Of a DNA stretch of 64,000 nt, positions 57,106-64,000 are shown one piece after another; within the stretch, counting starts at the first letter, position 1, and the number at the start of each line of letters is the position of its first letter. The notes under the pieces were generated by a model, which was given only the letters and a program-made list of their open reading frames with translations, did no database searches and was not told the origin of the DNA. This DNA comes from Abditibacterium sp. (GTDB lineage Bacteria > Armatimonadota > Abditibacteriia > Abditibacteriales > Abditibacteriaceae): the NCBI GenBank assembly GCA_965199495.1, contig CBDASK010000003.1, positions 1,504,001 to 1,568,000 on the forward strand, written 5' to 3'. The position numbers and the translations under genes were made by a program.

Positions 57106-57861
57106 ATGCCCGCCAAACGAATCATTCCCGCGCTCGATATTAACGCGGGCCGCGTCGTCAAATGCGTTCAGTTCGAGAATATGCGCGACGCGGGCGACCC
57201 CATCGAACGCGCCGCGTTTTACGACGCGCAGGGCGCCGACGAACTGGTTTTTCTCGACATCACCGCCTCGCACGAAAAGCGCGGCATTATCTCCGACTTG
57301 GCCGCGCGCGTCTGTGAAGAGGCGTTTATTCCTTTCACCGTCGGCGGTGGCCTCAAATCAACCGACGAAATGGCGCAGATTTTGGCGGCGGGCGCCGACA
57401 AAATTTTCATCAACACATCGGCTTTCACCGATCCCGATCTAATCGAACGCGCCGCCAATCAGTTCGGCGTGCAGTGCGTCGTCGTGGCGATTGATGCCAA
57501 ACGCGACGGCGACAATTGGCAGGTTTGGTTGCACGGCGGGCGCACGCCGACGGGCCGCGACGCGATTGAGTGGGCGCGTGAGGCGCAAAGTCGCGGCGCG
57601 GGCGAAATTCTGCTCACTTCGATGGACGGCGATGGCACGCAAGCGGGCTACGATTTGGAACTCACGCGCGCCGTGGCTGATGCCGTCGGCGTGCCGGTTA
57701 TCGCGAGCGGCGGCGCGGGGAGCGTAGATCATATTTACGACGCGCTCACCATCGGCGGCGCTGAAGCCGCGCTTGTCGCCTCGATTGTGCATTACGGAAC
57801 TTATACGATTGGGCAAATCAAAACCGAATTGGCCGCGCGCGGCGTGGATGTGCGGCTTTAA
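57106..57861 (+). CDS. hisF: Imidazole glycerol phosphate synthase cyclase subunit
   Basis: [46 protein letters not shown]. Confidence 0.97.
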   Translation: MPAKRIIPALDINAGRVVKCVQFENMRDAGDPIERAAFYDAQGADELVFLDITASHEKRGIISDLAARVCEEAFIPFTVGGGLKSTDEMAQILAAGADKIFINTSAFTDPDLIERAANQFGVQCVVVAIDAKRDGDNWQVWLHGGRTPTGRDAIEWAREAQSRGAGEILLTSMDGDGTQAGYDLELTRAVADAVGVPVIASGGAGSVDHIYDALTIGGAEAALVASIVHYGTYTIGQIKTELAARGVDVRL

Positions 57862-57882
57862 AGTTCCAATTCGCGTAACGGC

Positions 57883-58149
57883 TTACCAAATATCGCTTTC
57901 TTCGGCATCGTATTTCGCTTGCAACGCGCGCTTTTCGCGCGCGGTTTCTGCCCTTTGTCGCCGCGCATCAACAAAGATAAAAGGCAGGAAAACGATCAAG
58001 CTAAGTAAAGGCATTAGCAACAAAAGTTTTGGCGCTCCAGTTATTAAAGGTGTGACCAACATGGACAGCACGGTCGAAATTGCCATCGGCCACAGAAAAA
58101 ACAGCGTTCTTTTTTTGGTTTTCTCCCACGCAATCGAATTATTTTTCAT
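57883..58149 (-). CDS. Small two-TM hypothetical protein
   Basis: GGAGGA SD, ATG, two hydrophobic helices. Confidence 0.65.
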   Translation of the reverse strand: MKNNSIAWEKTKKRTLFFLWPMAISTVLSMLVTPLITGAPKLLLLMPLLSLIVFLPFIFVDARRQRAETAREKRALQAKYDAEESDIW

Positions 58150-58268
58150 TATTCCTCCATTTCAACGGGCGCCTTTGAAATTCAAAACATATGGAACTGA
58201 TGCAGAATTTCGCTCAAATTAGCGTTTCGCTATTGCCAATGCGCGCGCGAACTGCCAATATAAAGCGG

Positions 58269-59279
58269 ATGTTGCAAGCGATGAAAGCGAAAATTGACTG
58301 GTTTTTGACCGGCATGATCGCCGCGATAATTCTGGCGTGCCTGTTCCCGACGCCGGGCGCCAAAAGCGGATTTTTACATCCCGATATTTTGGTCAAAGTC
58401 GGCGTCGCGCTGATATTTTTCCTGCACGGCGTGGCGTTGTCGTTCGATAAGCTCAAAGCCGGAACGCTGCGTTGGCCGCTTCACCTCATCGTGCAAGTCG
58501 GCACGTTCGTCTTTTTTCCCCTTCTCGGCTGGCTGCTGCTCCAATTATTCGGGCGCTTTTTGCCCGCCGATTTGAACACCGGTTTTTTCTATTTGTGCGC
58601 TTTGCCTTCGACGGTTTCGTCGTCGGTCGCGATGACGGCGGCGGCGCGCGGCAACGTGCCAGTCGCGGTTTTCAACGCGACATTATCGAGCTTAATCGGC
58701 ATTTTCCTGACGCCTTTATGGATCGGTTTGGTCATCGGCACCCAAGGTGGATCGTTGCCCCTGGGCAAAGTCATTCTCGATTTGGTATTGTGGCTTTTGC
58801 TACCGCTCGTCGTCGGCCAACTGTCGCGTCCGTTTTTGGGCGCGTGGGCGCAAGCGCATAAATCTTTCATCAACAATGTGGATAAAGGCACGATTTTGCT
58901 GCTGGTCTACACCTCTTTTTGCGATTCGGTCGTGGACGGCGTGTGGACAAAAAATGGCGCCAACGTTTTGCTACCCGCATTCGTCGGCGCGATGGTTTTG
59001 TTCGTCATCGTTTTCTCTGCAATGCGCGCGTTTTGCGCCAAAGCGCATATTGCGCCCGACGATAGCGCCGCCGTAATTTTTTGCGGCACGAAGAAAACGT
59101 TGGCATCGGGCGTGCCGATGGCGCATTTGATTTTCGGCGCCAATCCGGGTTTAGGTCTGATTCTGTTGCCAATTTTGATTTATCATCCGTTGCAACTGGC
59201 GATTTGCGGCTGGCTGGCGTCGCGCTGGGCGCGCCGCGCCGATAGGCGTGAAGCGGCGTTGGCCGAAAGCGTAGTTTAA
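58269..59279 (+). CDS. Bile acid:sodium symporter family protein
   Basis: IFFLHG, CALPSTVSSSVAMT..ARGNV, FCGTKKTLASG, YHPLQL; exact start uncertain. Confidence 0.9.
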   Translation: MLQAMKAKIDWFLTGMIAAIILACLFPTPGAKSGFLHPDILVKVGVALIFFLHGVALSFDKLKAGTLRWPLHLIVQVGTFVFFPLLGWLLLQLFGRFLPADLNTGFFYLCALPSTVSSSVAMTAAARGNVPVAVFNATLSSLIGIFLTPLWIGLVIGTQGGSLPLGKVILDLVLWLLLPLVVGQLSRPFLGAWAQAHKSFINNVDKGTILLLVYTSFCDSVVDGVWTKNGANVLLPAFVGAMVLFVIVFSAMRAFCAKAHIAPDDSAAVIFCGTKKTLASGVPMAHLIFGANPGLGLILLPILIYHPLQLAICGWLASRWARRADRREAALAESVV

Positions 59280-59881
59280 GTGGCGAAGTCGTAATCATAA
59301 TTCCGCTCGCGCGGCGTCACCAATCGCGCGAAATCGCCGCGCGCGTTTTCGCGCTGCGTCGTCACAAACGCGCTGATGTCCTCGATTTCGACAATCTCCT
59401 CGCGCGCATAACGGCGCAACGTTTCGCCGCGAAGTCCCAGCTGAACCGCGCGCCGTTCGCACTTGGCGCCGCTTGGGTCGTGATCGGGATCCCATTGCAG
59501 TCGCACCTCCGATGCAGCCACGGCGGCTTGCCAGTCGGCGTGGCTGCTGTAATTCGAGGCGTCGAAACTCGATGGAACAGCGGCTTTTAAGACTTCATTG
59601 AAGAACGCGCGCCGGATGCGAATGGCGAGCGTGACTTCCTGATTTTCTTTGGTGCCCCAGCCGCACCGATACATCATCCACAGAAAATTCGGCTTGAACC
59701 AACTCATGCGGTTTAAACTCCAATCGCCGCCCAAAGTGCCTTCGCGTGCTGCGAAGTGGCCGATGCTCGCATTGTAAGCCTGATAAACAATGACCGATTC
59801 GTCGTCGAATTGGGCGAGAATATGTTGGCCCTCGCGCGGCCAAATAGAGAGTTGCGATAGATAAGATTCAAAATTAATCAT
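59276..59881 (-). CDS. DUF4291-family protein
   Basis: VYQAY, RMSWFKPNFLWMMYRCGW, VRLQWDPDH, AVQLGL. Confidence 0.85.
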   Translation of the reverse strand: MINFESYLSQLSIWPREGQHILAQFDDESVIVYQAYNASIGHFAAREGTLGGDWSLNRMSWFKPNFLWMMYRCGWGTKENQEVTLAIRIRRAFFNEVLKAAVPSSFDASNYSSHADWQAAVAASEVRLQWDPDHDPSGAKCERRAVQLGLRGETLRRYAREEIVEIEDISAFVTTQRENARGDFARLVTPRERNYDYDFAT

Positions 59882-59882
59882 T

Positions 59883-60263
59883 ATGTTTTACGAAGAACTC
59901 AAATACGATGACAACGGTTTAATTGCCGGTGTTTTTCAGGATTACCAGACCGGCGAAGTTTTAACTTTAGCATGGTTGAATAAGGAAGCCGTTCAGCAAA
60001 TGTGGGAAACCAAACGCGGCACGGTTTATCGCCGCTCGAAAGGGCGCGTGATGATCAAAGGCGAAGTTTCGGGCAACATCCAAATCGTCCACGAAATTCT
60101 GGCCGATTGCGACCGTGACGCTTTGGTCATCAAAATCGAGCAAGTCGGCGGCGCGGCCTGCCACAAAGGTTATCGCTCGTGCTTCTTCGATCAAGTGCAA
60201 GAAGACGGCGCGATGGAAGCGCAGGGCGAACCGTTATTCGATCCGGCGAAGGTTTACGGATAA
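59883..60263 (+). CDS. hisI: Phosphoribosyl-AMP cyclohydrolase
   Basis: KGEVSGN, DCDRDAL, ACHKGYRSCF. Confidence 0.93.
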   Translation: MFYEELKYDDNGLIAGVFQDYQTGEVLTLAWLNKEAVQQMWETKRGTVYRRSKGRVMIKGEVSGNIQIVHEILADCDRDALVIKIEQVGGAACHKGYRSCFFDQVQEDGAMEAQGEPLFDPAKVYG

Positions 60264-60265
60264 AA

Positions 60266-60414
60266 TTAGCCACAGAGATCACAGAGAACACGCAGAGGGA
60301 CACAGAGAGAACGAAGAAAATGAAAAGCAAAACCATAAAAATGGTTCGTTTCCATTTCATTTTCTTCGTTCTCTCTGTGTCCCTCTGCGTGTTCTCTGTG
60401 ATCTCTGTGGCTAA
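60266..60414. repeat. Family C hairpin, ~60-bp perfect arms
   Basis: ttagccacagagatcacagagaacacgcagagggacacagagagaacgaagaaaatgaaa and its exact reverse complement; overlaps the pepF stop. Confidence 0.92.
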
Positions 60415-62192
60415 ACCAAACCTTCAAATTCGTCAATTTGAGCGCGAATCACATCCAAACTCGCTGTCCAAAAATCGGGCGTCGTCACGTCAATGCCGAA
60501 CTTCGCGGCCAGAGTTTTGGCGTCGGCCATGCCGCATTCGCTCAGAAATTCGTCGTATTGCGCGCGGAACGTTTCCGGTTCGCGCTGATAGATCGCGTAA
60601 AGTCCCAGACCAAATAACAATCCGAATGTATACGGATAATTATAGAAAGTTGGGCCATAATAATGGCCTTTAACCGCCCACATATACGGATGATATGACG
60701 CCATATCATCGCCATAAGTTTGGTGTTGGGCATCCAACATGAGCGAACAAAATTCGCTTTCGGTTTGCTCGCGTTGTTCGCGCGCGGCAAAGACACTCTT
60801 CTCGAATAAAAATCGCGAATGTATATCTACGACGACCTGCAAACTACCACTTAACGAATTGTCCAACAACGCGATGCGCTCTTGCGGTTCGGCGTCTTTA
60901 ATGGCGGCTTGCAGCGCCAGAGTTTCGCAGAAAATGCTGGCGGTTTCGGCCAAAGTCATCGGGATTTGGCATTGCAACGGCGTGCGATTTTCCAAGCACA
61001 GGTTGTGGTAACCGTGTCCCAATTCGTGAGCGACGGTCGAAACGGCGTTATACGAACCGTCGAAGTTGGTCAAAATCCGCGAAACGCCGGGCAAAATGCC
61101 CGTGCAGTAAGCGCCACCGACTTTGCCCATGCGCGGCGGTGCGTCCATCCAATTTTCGTCGTAGGCCCGATCCGAAAACTCGGCCATTTTTGGCGAATAC
61201 TCGCCAAAATTTTCGCTCAGAAACTTTTGCGAAGCCACCCAACTCCACTCGCTTTTCGATTGACCGACGGGCGCGCCCAAATCGAACCATTCCAGTTTCT
61301 CGACGCCCAGAGCGCGCGCTTTGGCTTTCATATAGCGCTGAAAATCGGGAAACGAAGCCACACACGCGCTCTGCATCGCATCGAGCGTGGCCGCGTCAAT
61401 GCTGTTGCGAATCAATGTCGGCTCGACATCGCTATTGTAGCCACGGCGGCTTCGTAGTTCGCGTTGAAACCCTTTGATGCCGTTCAGAGCGCCCGCCAAA
61501 GGCATCGAAACGGTTTGCCAACTCGCGATTTCGGCGACGTAAGCGGCCTCGCGCGTTTCGCGATTCGGATCGTGCGCGAGGGCGCGAATCGAACTCATCG
61601 GCAACGCCTTTTTTTGCCCCTCGATTTCAACATCCACCGTTAAAAGCGCCGTCATATTGCCGTGCAATTTAGCCCAGCCGCCCAATCCCATCGGTTGCAG
61701 CGACGACGCCAGATTCTCTTCGGCGGCGCTCATCTGGTGCGCGGCCAATTGCGCGGCGCGGCGCACCCAAAACTCATGATCGCGCGCGACTTGCGATTGC
61801 GATAACAACGCTTCGATGTCGCTCGAACCGACCCACGCGACCAATCGCGTTTCGAGTTGGCCTAAAACAATTGTGCGCGTTTCCATCTCGGATTCGCGCG
61901 CCTTGGCGAGTTCGTCGCTCGCGTCAGTCGTCACGAAACAGCCGATATAACTGCCCAGCGTTTCCAATCGTTCGAGCAAGTGATTGAGCGAGCCGACGAT
62001 TTCTTCAAATTGGCCGACGAAAGCCAAGTCAACGGTGCCGGTTTCGCGACGAGCGACCCCGACTTGCTCAAAAAGCGCCGAGAGTTCGCCGATGGAATCG
62101 AGGGCGCTTTCAAATTCGGTGTTAAATTCGGGCGAAGTCAATGACGGAAAAATCGGCGTCATGTCCCAACGCGGCAAGGTTTGATTTTGCAT
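60411..62192 (-). CDS. M3B oligoendopeptidase (PepF-like)
   Basis: PRWDM, GKVGGAYC, AHELGHGYH, LAETAS, FYNYPYTFG; ATG 62192. Confidence 0.93.
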   Translation of the reverse strand: MQNQTLPRWDMTPIFPSLTSPEFNTEFESALDSIGELSALFEQVGVARRETGTVDLAFVGQFEEIVGSLNHLLERLETLGSYIGCFVTTDASDELAKARESEMETRTIVLGQLETRLVAWVGSSDIEALLSQSQVARDHEFWVRRAAQLAAHQMSAAEENLASSLQPMGLGGWAKLHGNMTALLTVDVEIEGQKKALPMSSIRALAHDPNRETREAAYVAEIASWQTVSMPLAGALNGIKGFQRELRSRRGYNSDVEPTLIRNSIDAATLDAMQSACVASFPDFQRYMKAKARALGVEKLEWFDLGAPVGQSKSEWSWVASQKFLSENFGEYSPKMAEFSDRAYDENWMDAPPRMGKVGGAYCTGILPGVSRILTNFDGSYNAVSTVAHELGHGYHNLCLENRTPLQCQIPMTLAETASIFCETLALQAAIKDAEPQERIALLDNSLSGSLQVVVDIHSRFLFEKSVFAAREQREQTESEFCSLMLDAQHQTYGDDMASYHPYMWAVKGHYYGPTFYNYPYTFGLLFGLGLYAIYQREPETFRAQYDEFLSECGMADAKTLAAKFGIDVTTPDFWTASLDVIRAQIDEFEGLV

Positions 62193-62239
62193 AAGCAAGA
62201 AATTAAAGTTGCAAGGTTGCCGCCGATAGTGCGGTAGCT

Positions 62240-62719
62240 TCAATTATAGACGCTCCACGCGTTGAGCCAGAGGCGCCCCGTCTTTTTGTCCGCCGCAAAA
62301 TTGCACAAAATAAACCACGGATGTTCGTCGTTCTTATCTTTTTCGACCATAAAAGAACCGCATTGCGCGCTCGGCGGAACAGTCGAAAACAATCCAGTTC
62401 CCTTTGTTAAAGCCGTTTGACTGATGGGAATAAGCGTGAATCTCGCGTGTTTTTTGAACTGCGCCAGAATTACGGATATTTGTTGTGGCGTCGTTTGTAA
62501 TACCATCGAATCGTGATTATCGGTCAAAGTGCCGCTACTTTTATGCTCGACAACTTGAATGTTTTGCGCGTTGACATCGATAAAATCGAGCGGGTTGCTT
62601 GTAGCGGCGCAACCGCGCGCCACGAAAAAACGAGCATTACTCCAACGCCGCTCAGGGCCAGCCATTTGAAAAATTTTTTCATTTGCCTCTATTATTTCAC
62701 GTTGCCGCATCCACGCCAA
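62240..62719 (-). CDS. Hypothetical protein (possibly 5'-truncated)
   Basis: 159-aa lower-GC ORF, weak start. Confidence 0.4.
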   Translation of the reverse strand: MAWMRQREIIEANEKIFQMAGPERRWSNARFFVARGCAATSNPLDFIDVNAQNIQVVEHKSSGTLTDNHDSMVLQTTPQQISVILAQFKKHARFTLIPISQTALTKGTGLFSTVPPSAQCGSFMVEKDKNDEHPWFILCNFAADKKTGRLWLNAWSVYN

Positions 62720-62790
62720 ATTTCCGAGTGCCCACCAACGCGCACTCAGGTGCGTTACGCGCGACTATTTTGTTGGCAAGCTCTAATCCA

Positions 62791-63924
62791 ATGCGCTCTC
62801 GCAACTCCAAAAAACGCGTTCGATTATTGACGTTTGGTATCGCTCTAATTATCGGCGCCTTCGGTTTGTGGGCACAACAGCGCTGGCTCCACGATTTACG
62901 CGCCGTCCAAATCGGCGGCGACCCAACCGACGTGGCTGCACTTGCGCGCTGGCCGTGGCCCAATGCGAAAAGGGTTAATCCAACGCGCGGCGTCACACAT
63001 TGGCGCGACGATTCATCGGGCGACGGCACGGTTTGCGAACTCATCGAATTCGATTTTCAAGCCAACCCGAATTTGCGTTTCGCGCTGTTCGATCAAGACA
63101 GCGACGACGCCAAGCCTTGGGACAATCATTGTTTGTATTGGCCACGCGGCGCCGCGCAGATGACGCGACAACTCAACGACAACAATCAGCGCGTTGTCGC
63201 GTTGTGGAATGGTGCATTTTTCGGTTATCACGGCGGCTCGAAATGGGCGAATAAAGACGCGTTTCACGTTTCGCCCGTTGTCGTTGACGGCGTAGTTCAC
63301 GATTTTGGCGCCAATCACCGCTGGAGTTTCGGCGTCAAATATCGCAACGGTAAACCGACATTTTCAACGTTTCACGAGCCATCGAACGCGACGTTGAAAG
63401 AGAACTATGATTTTGCCAGTGGCGGTGTGCAATGTTTGATTCGCGATAAAAAACCGCTGGGTTTACGCGCTTATGGTTTGCCGCCGTTGACGCAGCCGGT
63501 GAATTCGACCGACAAAGAGGCCGGGCACATTCCCGATTTTGATTGGATGAAATCGAGTCGCGCCAGCATCGCATGGAACAAAGACAGTTCAAAAATGTGG
63601 CTCTTGTTCATCAAAGAAGGCGATTCCGAAGGTGCCAGCATAGCGGCGCTTAAAATCGGCGGCGGAATGTTAGGTTTGCAACTGCGCGGCGGCTGGAGCG
63701 TGGCCGATGTGCGTAGATTCTGGCTTTCCCGAAACGTGTGGGGCGCCATCAACTCGGACGCGGGCGACGTGGCTCAACTCAGCGTCTTGCGGCCCGACCG
63801 TAATTACGATTTAGTTCCGTCGCGTCAGGCCAGCTCGCAAATGCGATTGACGTTTGGGTCAGATTTTACCAATGCGCCCGCAGGCGGCGCGCTGATGTAT
63901 TTTTATGTCGCAGAACAGACTTAA
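62791..63924 (+). CDS. Phosphodiester glycosidase (NAGPA-like) family protein
   Basis: N-terminal TM; WNGAFF, SRASIAW, AINSDAG resemble the family NGgFF / RTAIG / NLDGG motifs. Confidence 0.6.
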   Translation: MRSRNSKKRVRLLTFGIALIIGAFGLWAQQRWLHDLRAVQIGGDPTDVAALARWPWPNAKRVNPTRGVTHWRDDSSGDGTVCELIEFDFQANPNLRFALFDQDSDDAKPWDNHCLYWPRGAAQMTRQLNDNNQRVVALWNGAFFGYHGGSKWANKDAFHVSPVVVDGVVHDFGANHRWSFGVKYRNGKPTFSTFHEPSNATLKENYDFASGGVQCLIRDKKPLGLRAYGLPPLTQPVNSTDKEAGHIPDFDWMKSSRASIAWNKDSSKMWLLFIKEGDSEGASIAALKIGGGMLGLQLRGGWSVADVRRFWLSRNVWGAINSDAGDVAQLSVLRPDRNYDLVPSRQASSQMRLTFGSDFTNAPAGGALMYFYVAEQT

Positions 63925-64000
63925 CTCAGGCTTCAAAGCCAATTAGCGCAAATGCTCTTCTGTTTCGCGTTCGAGTTGCATATAAGTCTCGATTTCGCGC

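Noticed and set aside
9164..60414. Repeats as a possible CRISPR array
   Set aside because: They are dispersed inverted pairs, not direct repeats with unique spacers; no cas genes

Overview
Bacterial chromosomal backbone, roughly 55-58% GC by eye. The gene repertoire (DUF1559/H-X9-DG prepilin, GntR-LacI fusion regulator, CsaB, Jag, PqqD-ABC) suggests Abditibacteriota/Armatimonadota; this is inference only. It holds about 55 CDS, mostly housekeeping (clpP, tig, galK, rnpA-yidD fusion, yidC, jag, gmk, coaBC, msrA, pyrE, prmA, sod, hisA/F/I, pepF), a class II ribonucleotide reductase with two LAGLIDADG inteins and tandem NrdR boxes, and five tRNA genes. I saw no rRNA, CRISPR array, transposase or integrase. 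Highlights: (1) a four-tRNA cassette (Gln-Asn-Leu-Leu) of atypical tRNAs behind a promoter, a 31-codon leader ORF rich in the codons these tRNAs read, and a terminator, which looks like an attenuation-controlled tRNA reserve; (2) a strongly over-represented non-palindromic motif CGTGGCTG(C) on both strands inside genes; (3) at least five unrelated families of long intergenic hairpin (REP/REPIN/MITE-like) elements; (4) an RnpA-YidD fusion; (5) an active plus degenerate HD-GYP pair. All calls come from reading motifs by eye; no database searches were run.
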